DNA of 63,711 nucleotides, filler included, from Octopus bimaculoides (Eukaryota), in NCBI RefSeq assembly GCF_001194135.2. It is 6 parts of 5 records of this genome, joined end to end, with 100 filler letters (N's around TTAATTAATTAA, not from the genome) between each part and the next. Parts side by side here need not be neighbours in the genome. Positions count along the whole stretch, not along the records: positions 49,259 to 56,859 come from NC_068997.1; positions 56,960 to 63,711 come from NC_069009.1; 4 more parts are not named here. The stretch is one strand, 5' to 3'. The position numbers were made by a program, and so were the translations under genes. A model generated the notes under the pieces. The model searched no databases. It was not told where the DNA came from and was given only the letters and a program-made list of their open reading frames with translations. Below, in pieces: positions 52,946 through 63,711 of this stretch. Numbering within the stretch: the first letter of the stretch is position 1; the number at the start of each line of letters is the position of its first letter.

Positions 52946-53590
52946 TCTATCCATAAAATATATTTCTAACTCTACCATTGTTCTCTTTATCCTTTTCTCT
53001 ATTTATACATACACACGCTAATACACGACCTATAATCCCCAATCCTGTTTATATAACGATTGGGGCATAACTAGCTGGTATACAGCACTTACTCGGTATT
53101 ACCTGTATCTTTGGGTTTGGTTAAATCCAATACCCTCCTTAACCTTATGCATTTGTATATATATATATTTATGTCTCACCGATATATGTCTATATATGTA
53201 TATAGCTATGTACATATGTCTGTATGTTTTAGTGTACATATGTTTATTATAGATGGTTTAGTATGTGCATGTGCTGCTAAATGTATATGCAATCCAACAT
53301 GAAAATTTTAATTATTTTAATTTTCAAACGGATATAAATTTTAATGTATTAATTGATTTATATTTTACATATAATTATTTACTCTATGTATTTATAAACT
53401 CTTTGATTTCAGGTTTTCTTCGATTTTATAAAAACATTATTTTATACCGATATTTGTTCACTGCATGCTACTGGTCATTGTAAAGACTGTTAGTTGAAAG
53501 GACCAATGAAACAAAACCATTTTCAAATGTGTATCTATTAAACTTACTGTATATGTTTGCTTATAACCTTATTTCTGTTCCATTCTAAAC

Positions 53591-53636
53591 AAAACTGTCT
53601 AACGAACAGGAATGTGAAACTCTGAGTAACAGTTTT
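53591..53636 (+). ncRNA. Type I hammerhead ribozyme with one core substitution
   Basis: AAAACTGT-CTAACGA-ACA(ggaa)TGT-GAAA-C(tctga)G-TA-ACAGTTTT: 8-bp stem I and 3-bp stem II, but G5 is changed to A. Confidence 0.6.
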
Positions 53637-53759
53637 TGTGACATTTTTGCTGATTTTCAATAAAGTATATTACTCTACCTCTGGTATTTGAGTACTATTT
53701 TCTCCACATTGTTTCACATTTTTATATATAAATATATATATATTGTCTATATATGTATA

Positions 53760-56700
53760 TATAAATGGGTTGATAAGGTAATCGAAGTAGTCACAGTATG
53801 TGACAGAATACTTAAGATTAGATTAGTGCTTCATCATGGGTTAGCAACCATTATCTTGGACTATGCTCCTCAGCCGGTGCTACCTGATGGACAGAAAGAC
53901 TGATTTTATGACACCTTCTTGCAGACTACCTCGTTGACAAATGACAGGGACCTTCTCTTTGTGGCTGGTGACTTCAATGGACATGTTGGACAACATACAG
54001 CGGGCTTCCATGGTATACATGAAGGCTATGGTTTTGGTTCCTGCAATGAGGAGGAAACCAGGCTGCTGGAGTTCTGCAATGCAAATGACCTTATGGTCTG
54101 CAATACTAACTTCAGGAAACCTGCCAGTCACCTAGTCACCTACCGTTNNNNNNNNNNAGGAAACCTGCCAGTCACCTAGTCACCTACCGTTTTGGCAGAC
54201 ACTAGCCAAATTGACTACATCCTCGCCAGAAAAAGGGAAAGATAGCTGCTTATAAATGTCAAAACCTTCCCAAGCAAAAAATGTACCCCACAACACAGAC
54301 TGGTAGTTAGTGACTTCAGGATCAGGGCTAAATGGATGAACAGCATGGAGAAGGGTCTGGAAGCTCAAAGATCCTGCGAATGGACAGAGATTTAGAGACG
54401 TATTACTCGAAGCCTTTGACAAAATAGAAGGGGATATAGCTGCACACGATGTGGAAGACAACTGGAGGTTTCTACAGGACAACCTGCTGAGGGCCACTGA
54501 CCAGATCTGTGGGTGGTGCAAAGTCACCTCTCGACCCAAAATAACGTAGTGCTGGAACAATGTTGTTGACAGGACTATTAGAGAAAAGAAACAGGCTTGG
54601 ATGGACTGGAAGAATGGTGGTAGCAGGGAATTGCATCAGACTGCCAGAAGGGAAGCTAGGAGACAGGTTTATTTAGCCAGAGGGGAAGCAGATAAGAAAA
54701 AATTTGCCAATGTTCTGTGCTGTGAGGACCAAAGACTTGAGGTATTTTGTGTAGCAAGACAGTGTGTGAGAGAGAATCGTGATGTTGCATGGATGATGGT
54801 TCACTTGCACTAAACGAGGCTGCAAAGAGAGAGGTTTGGAGACTCCACTATGAAAGGTTGCTCCATAAAGAGAATGAATGGGAGAAAGAGAGTCTGCCGA
54901 ATGGACAACCATCTGAATTGACAGTACCTTGGTAGATAAAGCAATTAAGAGTATGAAGACAGGGAAAGCCCCCGGCCCAGCAGGTATCACCGCAAAGATT
55001 CTCAAAATATCTGGCAGTGTCGGCTATAGCCTAGTCATCCGTATAGTTAACCAGGTGATACACGAAGGAGTCATACTCAATGACTGGTGTAGCAGCATCA
55101 TAGTCAACTGNNNNNNNNNNAGTCATCCGTATAGTTAACCAGGTGATACACGAAGGAGTCATACTCAATGACTGGTGTAGCAGCATCATAGTCAACTGCT
55201 ACAAAGGTAAAGGTGATGCTTTAGATACAAGTAATGACAGAGGTATCAAGTTATTGGATCAGGTAATGAAGGTCACGGAGAGGGTCATAGCCCAACTAAT
55301 TAGGGAGAGAGTCAGTTTAGATAAGATGCAGTTTGGGTTCATGTGAGGGAAAAGCACCATTGATGCTATATTTCTAGTAAGACAGCTGTAGGAGAAATAC
55401 CTAGTCGAAGATAAACTTCTGTATCTGGCTTTTGTTGACATGGAGAAAGCCTTTGACAGGGTCCCCTGATCTCTTATCTGGTGGTCAATGAGGAAACTTG
55501 GGATAGAAGAATGGTTAGTGGGAACTGTGCGAGCCATGTACAGAGATGCTGTCAGTAAGGTGAGGGTTGGCAACGAGTACAGTGAAGAATTCCGAGTGGA
55601 GGTAGGGGTGCATCAAGGTTCAGTCTTCAGCCCACTCCTATTTATCATAGTCCTCCAAGCAACAACACCGGAACTCAAGACAGGTAGCCCCTGGGAGCTC
55701 CTCTATGCTGATGACCTTGTGCTAACTGCTGAGTCACTATCAGAACTAGAGGAGAAGTTTTAGGTGTGGAAGCAAGGATTAGAATCGAAGGGCCTTAAAG
55801 TCAACCTAGCTAAAACCAAAGTCCTGATAAGTAGGAAGGCAGACAAACCACAAATTCCTTCAGGTAGATGGCCCTGCTCAATCTGTAGAAAAAGTGTAGG
55901 TAGAAACTCTAAAAGATCTACCCAGTGTAAGCTATGGACACGTAAGATGAGCAGCAATATCAAAGGAAGGCTAACTAGGAAGATGGTTTTTGTATGTGGC
56001 AGATGCTCACGAGCAATAAACACTGAAAATGAGCAGAGAATAACTCCTGCCACATTCCAGGGAGAAAAACTAGAAATAGTTGACAACTTCCGTTACCTAG
56101 GTGACCAAGTCAGTAGCGGGGGAGGGTGCACTGAAAGTGTAGCTGCTAGAATAAGAATATCCTGGGCTATGTTCTGCTGGTGACAAAGGGCCCCTCGCTC
56201 AGAGTAAAAGGCAGACTGTATGACGCATGTGTATGAACAGTCATGCTACATGGCAGTGAAACATGGGCCGTGACTGCTGAGGACATGCATAGGCTCGCAA
56301 GGAATGAAGCCAGTATGCTCTGATGGATGTGTAATGTCAGTGTGCATACTCGACAGAATGTAAGTACCTTGAGAGAAAAGTTGGACCTAAGAAGCATCAG
56401 ATGTGGTGTGCAAGAGATACGACTGTGCTGGTATGGTCATGTGGCAAGAATGGATGAGGATAGCTGCGTGAAAAAGTGCCGCACTCTAGTGGTTGAGGGA
56501 ACCTGTGGAAGAGGTAGACCCAGGAAAACCTGGGATAAGGTGGTGAACCATAACCTTGAAACTTTAGGCCTCACCGAGGCAATGACTAGTGACCGAGACC
56601 TTTGGAAATATGCTGTGCTTGAGAAGACCCGGCAAGCCAAGTGAGAGCACAACCTGTGGCCTATGCCAGTGGTGAAACCAGCCCACTTATGCGTACCTTT

Positions 56701-56860
56701 ACTTCAATGGACACTAAACTCTGCTTGTAAAGACCTGTTGAGGCAAGTGAAATCGAAATCAAATTTGATAACTGGCATCTGTGCTAGTGGAGTGCTAAGA
56801 CCACCTTGTGAGCGTAATCATTACCAGAGCAGCGGACTGGCTTCCATGCCGGTGGCACGN
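53760..56860 (+). mobile_element. RTE-clade LINE, 5'-truncated, APE + RT pseudogene
   Basis: FVAGDFNGHVG and SQIDYIL (APE); KTGKAPGPAG, LAFVDMEKAFDRVP, GVHQGSVFSPLLF and ELLYADDLVL (RT); many stops. Confidence 0.96.
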
Positions 56861-57104
56861 NNNNNNNNNNNNNNNNNNNNNNNNNNNNNNNNNNNNNNNN
56901 NNNTTAATTAATTAANNNNNNNNNNNNNNNNNNNNNNNNNNNNNNNNNNNNNNNNNNNNTATATGTATGCATGCATGCATGTCTCTGCTAATTGTTTTAA
57001 TTATTATAAATCTTTTGCTGAGGAGGGAGCCAGTTTCCAACAAAGATACAAGGCTCCATCTTTGGGATGCAGTTAACACAGAACAATTCACACATGTATG
57101 TATG

Positions 57105-57410
57105 TATGTGCTGATGTTCCGGAAAACATTATCACGGAAGAAAGTGAAGAGAATCGTAGATCAAGTGGCGGGCAAAGAACGCAACGGATGGACAATATCG
57201 AATGCTAGTCGGATAAGAGTAGCATGGTCACTAGAGAATTCGCGCTTTCGTTGTGATGTCATCAACGCGCAGCAGGCGTGCGATAAAATGGCGACGACAA
57301 CGGCGAATGTCCTGACTGCTGACGCATAAAGACAAGGAATTTATTCCATGCTGCCACAATTCTGTAACATTGTATTCCGCGCCAAAATAGTTTAACAACC
57401 GCCGAACAGT
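57105..57410. promoter_or_regulatory. Promoter-like CpG-rich block
   Basis: Unique CpG-rich island with TTCCGGAA (57117), AAAATGGCGAC (YY1/Kozak-like, 57285) and CGCGCCAAA (E2F-like, 57378). Motif matches only. Confidence 0.35.
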
Positions 57411-57692
57411 TGAGCTTTCCCCCCCCCCCTTCTTCTTTGGAAATGAGGTTAATTAGTTATATATNNNNNNNNNNNNNNNNNNNNNNNNNNNNNNNNNNNN
57501 NNNNNNNNNNNNNNNNNNNNNNNNNNNNNNNNNNNNNNNNNNNNNNNNNNNNNNNNNNNNNNNNNNNNNNNNNNNNNNNNNNNNNNNNNNNNNNNNNNNN
57601 NNNNNNNNNNNNNNNNNNNNNNNNNNNNNNNNNNNNNNNNNNNNNNNNNAAAAAATCAAAAGGCCTTTTTTTCTTTCTAAGTGATAGGCGCA

Positions 57693-57984
57693 GGCGTGGC
57701 TTGACAGAAACGTTGGCACGCAGGGCGAAATGCTTAGCGGTATTTCGTCTGCCGTTACGTTCCGAGTTCAAATTCCGCTGAGGTCGACTTTGCCTTTCGT
57801 CCTTTCGGGGTTGATAAATTAAGTACCAGTTACCATCGACTTAATCCCCTTGTCTGTCCTTGTTTGTCCCCTCTATGTTTAGCCCCTTGTGGGCAATAAA
57901 GAAATAAGAAACGTTAGCACGCCGGGCGAAATGCTTAGCGGTATTTCGTCTGCCGTTACGTTCTGAGTTCAAATTCCGCCGAGG
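57693..57984 (+). mobile_element. SINE family A tandem (full copy plus a second head)
   Basis: The tail aataaagaaata is followed directly by agaaacgttagcacgccggg...aattccgccgagg. Confidence 0.93.
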
Positions 57985-60115
57985 GAAATTTGGTTGCTGT
58001 TTCTAGCATAGTCTACCGAGTAGGTAGAAGCTAGCCTCGGTTTTTCATCTTAAGACAGTAGAGAGCAGGGAGAGATTTAGCTGCTATTTCTAATTTAATC
58101 TACTGAGTACGAGAAGCGGACTTCGTTTTTTTTTCTCGTCTTAAAACGATAGAGATTTGAGGGAAATTTTGGCTGCTATTTCTAGCATGAAATAGCTGCT
58201 ATTTCTATTGAATACGTAGAAGCTAACCTCATCTTTTCGAGTCTTAGCGAAGTCAAGGAAATTTTGGCTGCTATTTCTAGTATGGTTTAACTCTGTATGT
58301 AAAGGCTAGCTGCGACCTTTCGCTCTAAGATTATAAGAGGTTTTTAAGGTTTGGCTGGTATTTCTAACGTGTCTATCGACCACGCGGTGGCACGCCCTTC
58401 TCCGTTCCACGTAGTCCTTAGTAGCCATGCTAGAAATAACTGTTAAATCCCCCTCAAATCACAACTTCTGTTCAAGGAACCAGCAAGTAGAGCCCCCAAG
58501 TAGTCGGTAATAGCACTACTAGTAACAGCAGCCAAATCTCCCTCAAATTATATCACATATCATTTAAAAAGGAGTCGGGGAGTATGGCTTCCACGTGGTC
58601 AGTAGACATGCTAGTTATAGCAGCCAAATTTCCCTCCGATTTTATCCTTCACTGGAGCTAAAGAAAAGGCTCACACCTGGTCGGTAATCATGCTAGTAAT
58701 AACAGCCAAATCTCTTTACTGTCTCAAAGCCTTAGAGTGGGGCTTACATGAGGACTGAGAAATACGAGATATAGCAGCTAAATTTCCCTCAAATGACAGC
58801 CTACAGTCTCATAAAGAAGTCCTGGAGTGGTGCCTACACAAGGACCTAAGACATGCTAATAATAGCAGCCAAATCTCCTTTCTTAAAAGGTATCGGGGAC
58901 GTGGCCAGCGGACATGCTAGTTATAGCAGCTAAATATCCCTCAGATCATAGACTTCTATCTCAAAAAGAAGTTTCGGAATTGGGCCTACACGAGGACCCG
59001 ATACATGCTAGTAATAGTAGTCAAATCTCCCTCAAATGATACCCTACATTCTCAAAAAGAAGTCATGGAGTGGAGTCAACAGGAGGACCCGAGAAATGCT
59101 AGTTATAGCAGCCAAATCTCCCTCAAATAATACCCTACACTCTCAAAAAGAAGTCATGGAGTAGAGCCAGCATGGGAACCCAAGAGATGCTAGTTATAGC
59201 AGCCAAATTNNNNNNNNNNNNNNNNNNNNNNNNNNNNNNNNNNNNNNNNNNNNNNNNNNNNNNNNNNNNNNNNNNNNNNNNNNNNNNNNNNNNNNNNNNN
59301 NNNNNNNNNAATACCCTACACTCTCAAAAAGAAGTCATGGAGTAGAGCCAGCATGGGAACCCAAGAGATGCTAGTTATAGCAGCCAAATTTCTCTCAAAT
59401 GATACCCTACACTCTCAAAAAGAAGTCATGGAGTAGAGCCAACATGGGGGTCCAAGAAATGCTAGTTATAGCAGCTAAATCTCTCTCAAATGACGCTCTA
59501 CTTCCTTAAAAGGAACCTAGGAGTGAAACCTTTATGTGGCCAGTGGACATGCTAGTTATAGCAGCCAAATCTCTCAGATTACATCATTTCCAGTTTAAGA
59601 AGGAACTAGGAGGCTCCACCTGGTCGGCAGACAAATTGTTACAACAGCCAAATCGTTTTTAAATTACATTCTTTTGTCTCAAGAAGAAGTATCGTAGTAG
59701 GGCCCACACGTGGTCGGTAAACATGCTGTAATAGCAGTAAAATTTCCCTCAATTTACATAATTTCTTGTTTAAAAAGGAACCAAGCAGTGGAGGCTCCAC
59801 GTGGTCGGTGGACGTATTAGTAATAACAGTCAAATCTCCCTCAAATTATACCCTACGATTTTAAAAAGAAGTCTTGAAGTAGGGTCGATACGAGGTCGGT
59901 AGTCATGCTAGTAATAAGAGCCAAATTCCCTTCAAATTACATCCTACTGTCTGAACCTGAAGTCTAGGAATTTGACCTACACGAGGTCTACAGTCGTGCT
60001 AGTCGTAATAGTCAAATCTCCCTCAAATTACATCGTATTACCTAAAAAGGAACCGAGGTGGGAGGCACTGTCAGCACGTGGTCGGTAGACTTGCTAGAAA
60101 TAGTAGTCAATACTC
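57981..60115. repeat. Satellite array A, ~90-bp unit; 5 units in reverse orientation, then at least 19 forward
   Basis: The core ATGCTAG(T/A)(T/A)ATAGCAGCCAAATCTCCCTCAAAT recurs about every 90 bp from 58428 to 60110; its reverse complement recurs from 57981 to 58390. Confidence 0.93.
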
Positions 60116-60504
60116 CTTTCTCAGTCACCGATCGAACCTGGAAAACCGAGGTAGCTACGTTTCCATTAGAGTTTTCCATTTTTTTCTTTTTTTTTTTTTT
60201 TGCAAATGGCTACTACTAATTCTTCAGTAGCAACTCCTCGTAGAAGAAGAATTACCGTTTCCCACCAATAACACGCCGATAACTTTGGTACGATTTGAAC
60301 GCACAACGCAGACAGTCGGCAGAAACAGGCTGTGAGGTAATCTAGCAGACGTTCTTAACCATCCTGCTATTTCGCCGACTTCGTTCTGCTACTAAATTAG
60401 CGAAGCATGCGTTCGCAGTAGACATATGATCAAAGATATTCCTGCCAGCACCATATAAATGGATGTACATGTGCGTCTGTCATATCTGTCTGTCTTTCTC
60501 TGTC

Positions 60505-60539
<35 letters not shown>

Positions 60540-60548
60540 GTCTGACTG

Positions 60549-60585
<37 letters not shown>

Positions 60586-60809
60586 TTTTTTCTCGATCCC
60601 TTTTGATCGAACTCCTCCCTTTTTCCCTTCCTACGATCCCTTTTGGTCAACACCCCACTACTTTTTTTTCCCTTTCCCCTCCCAAAAAGAAAAGCTCTAC
60701 ATTGTATTTGTCCCATCTTTGTTGAGCCCTGTGTGGCTAATAAAAGAAATGTATCTATCTACCTACCTACCTATCTATCTATCTCTCTATCTATCTATCA
60801 AACTATATA

Positions 60810-60856
<47 letters not shown>

Positions 60857-60871
60857 ATATACATACACATT

Positions 60872-60917
<46 letters not shown>

Positions 60918-61119
60918 CATTTAATTATACATGTATATATGTCTGTGTGTGTGTAGGTATATTTATATATATGTATATATATGTATGTGTGTGTGTGTTT
61001 AAATTAACGAAGAAAGCTTTACGTGGTTCCTCGATATGCTAAAAATAACAGCAAAATCATTTTTATAATCACATCCTACCATCTATATATATATATATAT
61101 ATATATAAAAGAACCACTG

Positions 61120-63310
61120 AAGGGCACATTGGAAATTACACTCCTAGATACATAATGCCTGAATACAAGAAAATATAGTCACAGCTGAAGCATCTTTGAC
61201 CTAACCTGACTAAATAAGAACAACTATAGCCACTAATACAAACTACTATATGATACATTAGTTAATGTAGTCCTAGATACACTATGTCCGGTTAAAAGGT
61301 AGGATAGTCATAGGTCTACAGGATCAAGATTGACCTGGGGCTAAAAACGATAATAGCTATACAATACATTAGAAAATGTGGTCTTAGATACACTATGACC
61401 GAATAAAAGGCGGGATGGTCACGGCTGGACCATATTTGATCATAGGTCTGTTAGATCAAGATTGACCTGGGGCTAAAAACAACAATAGCTACTAATACTA
61501 ACTGCTATACAATACATTAAGAAATGTAGTCTTAGATGCACTATGACCGAATAAAAGGCGGGATGGTCACGGCTGGACCATCTTTGATGATAGGTCTGCT
61601 GGATCAAGATTGACCTAGGGTTAAACAACAACAAAGAAGACGACAATGGCTTCAAGAAGAAAAGAGATGGAATCTCACCTATGTAGCTCCTTATTCAAGT
61701 CACCTTGTATACCTATCAGGCAACGAACTACCCGCTCCCTCCACGCCTCCCCAAGCTGAAACTCTGCGCCGCCATCGCTGCCCCGTTTGCGTAGCGACGG
61801 CGGCGTGCAGGCGAGATTACTGTCCTGCTATGCGAGAAATAGCAGTCAAATCTCCTTGGAATCACAAACTACGGAGAAAAAAAATATGAAAGAAAGAACG
61901 AAAGAAATGAAGGAAGAAAGGAGGCGATAACATTCCACTAATGTAGTCCTAGATACATTCTTCCTATACCAATGACAGGATGGTCATGCTTGGAGCAACT
62001 TTGACAATAGTTTTGTTCTTTAAAAACTGGCCTGAGATAAACAGCTATAGCCATTGTACATTCTGCAATGAATAAAAGGCGGGTGAGTCACAACTGGAAC
62101 ATATTTGATCATAGGTCTACTGGATAAGGACTGACCTAGGGTTAAACAAGAATAGCTATAGTCACTAATACTAACTACTATACTGTACATAAGATGATGT
62201 AGTCCTAGATACACTATGTCTGGATATATGACAAGACGGTCCTGGCTGGAACGTCTTGGATCAGAGGTCTACTGGATCAGGACTGACCTGGTGTTAAACA
62301 GCTACATGCTCCAGTACTAAGTGATATTCATTAGATAATGTAGTTCTAAGATTATCATGTCAGAATATAAAACGCGATGGTCACGGCGGGAACGTCTTTG
62401 AACATATATCTGCAAGATCAGGACTAACCAGGGGCGAAAAAAAAAAACTACAGCGTCCTAATACTAACTAAGACACTGTACATTAGATAATGTAGTCCTA
62501 GATATATTGTGGCTGAATAAAAGATGAGATAGCTACAGCTGGACCATTTTTGATCATAGGTCTACAGGATCACGACTGACCTGGGGCTAAAGAACAACTA
62601 TATGCACCGATATAAGGTACTGTACATTAGATCATGTAGTCCTAGATACACTATGACGGCATAAAAGGCTGTATGTTCATAGCTGGAATATCTCCGATCA
62701 TAGGTCTACTGGACCACGACTGACCTGGGGCTAAACAAACAACTTAGCCACTAATACTATCTACTATACTATACATTAGATAATGGAGTCCTAGATACAC
62801 TATGTCTGAATAAAAGGTGGGATGGTCGCAAGTGGAACATCTCTGATCATGGGTCTACTGGGTTAGCACTGACCTGGGGTTAAAAGGCAATGATATGCTC
62901 TAATACAAAGCACTACACATTAGATAATGTCGTCCAAGGTACACTATGCCTCAATTAAAGGCGGGATAGTCGCAAGTGATCATGGGTCTACTGGATCAGG
63001 ACAGACCTGGGGTTAAACGGCAATGACATGCTCTAATACAAAGCACTACACATTAGATAATGTCGTTCAAGGTACACTATGCCTCAACAAAAGGCGGGAT
63101 GGTCACAAGTGGAACATCTCTGATCATAGGTCTGCAAGAACAAGACTTGCCTAGAGCTAAACAACAACAACAACAGCTATAGCCCCTGTACTAACTTCTA
63201 CACTACACATTATGGTGTAATCCTTGATAACAATGTCTGGTCAAAAGGCGGTGGTGTGGTCAGAACTGGTCTGAGGATCAAGTTTGACCTAGGGCTAAGC
63301 AATAATAGCA
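61120..63310 (+). repeat. Satellite array B, ~145-bp unit, ~14 diverged copies
   Basis: TACATTAGATAATGTAGTCCTAGATACACTATG...GGGATGGTCAC...TGATCATAGGTCTACTGGATCA...GACCTGGGGCTAAACAAC recurs. Confidence 0.93.
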
Positions 63311-63417
63311 ACAACAACAACAATAATGATAACTAACAATAGCAACAATGTACATAACATCGCACCAGCGTCAGCGAGTGTGCGCACCACGGTCGTCATC
63401 GCCTCTGGCAGACTTAC

Positions 63418-63711
63418 CTGCAAAAGGGAGGGTGAGTTTTCGAAGTAGGCCCAAAAATTGTGTGTTGTAGCGGTCCAACAGTAAAGACTGTATGAGAAGC
63501 TCATTCATATTACTCGGGGGGGTTGGAAGAGGGCTGGGCCGCGGCGGCGCGGAGGCGAGGCGAGGCGGAGAAGGAGGGATGGAGAGAAAGAGAGAGAGAG
63601 AGATAGAGAGAGGGAGAAAGAGAGAGGATGCAGCGGCGGCGGCACGTTGAAGGGGAAACAGAGACAGAAATAAAAGGGGGCAGTGGAGAGAGAGAGAGAG
63701 AAAACAAGGGG
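63418..63711 (-). other. Candidate first exon / 5' UTR of a minus-strand gene
   Basis: CT- and GCC-rich leader, ATGs at 63508 and 63504 with frames open to a consensus donor CAG|GTAAGT at 63418/63417. The product is not recognised. Confidence 0.35.

Larger units (their letters stand above)
51052..53007 (-). mobile_element. Penelope-like insertion: GIY-YIG 3' fragment flanked by inverted pseudo-LTR arms
   Basis: Open frame 52426-51938: CPLQTHCVRYNVIYKCTV...TYIGAIKNFKHRFAAH...CKLCLKEAFHIL...LLNRYNE. Arms 51052-51698 and 52419-53007 are reverse complements. Confidence 0.9.

Noticed and set aside
53037-53074. Hairpin CCCCAATC/GATTGGGG followed by CTAG as a Helitron 3' end
   Set aside because: The base after CTAG is not T, no 5' TC end or Rep/helicase was found, and the evidence is too weak.
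54118-55198. Duplicated RTE segments across 10-11-N gaps at ~54150 and ~55115
   Set aside because: The same contig-overlap artefact, not tandem duplication.
26532-56915. Identical palindromic TTAATTAATTAA at 26532, 44277, 47077, 49203 and 56904
   Set aside because: Each sits between N runs of fixed length and has stops in all six frames. This is an artificial scaffolding linker, so adjacency across these points is also uncertain.
57981-63310. Regularly spaced repeats as a CRISPR-like array
   Set aside because: The context is eukaryotic with no cas genes, the repeats are degenerate, and the intervening segments are homologous to each other rather than unique spacers.
124-63707. Long ORFs made of X, IYIY, CVCV, HTHT or YLSI
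   Set aside because: These are translations of N gaps and microsatellites, which lack stop codons by composition.

Overview
AT-rich, microsatellite-dense eukaryotic draft-assembly sequence with about 20 N-gaps, five of which carry the artificial linker N44-TTAATTAATTAA-N44. The repeat families resemble those I associate with octopus (coleoid cephalopod) genomes; this is an inference. I found no intact, recognisable protein-coding gene: nearly every ORF in the track is microsatellite, gap or decayed transposon. The window holds tRNA-derived SINEs (at least 4 families), RTE, R4/Dong-like and Tx1/L1-like LINE remnants, three Penelope-like (GIY-YIG) fragments, a near full-length mariner, a Gypsy (CsRn1-like) remnant and TIR elements enclosing telomere-like repeats. 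The most notable observations are: (i) a Penelope-like insertion with ~600-bp inverted arms, each carrying a core-intact minimal hammerhead ribozyme, plus two further degenerate hammerhead loci; (ii) at 58-63 kb, two adjacent satellite arrays (~90-bp and ~145-bp units) that appear to be separately amplified 5' and 3' halves of one dispersed repeat, with an internal inversion point, lying between two promoter-like CpG-rich blocks; (iii) a minus-strand first-exon-like or recursive-splice-like site at the right edge.
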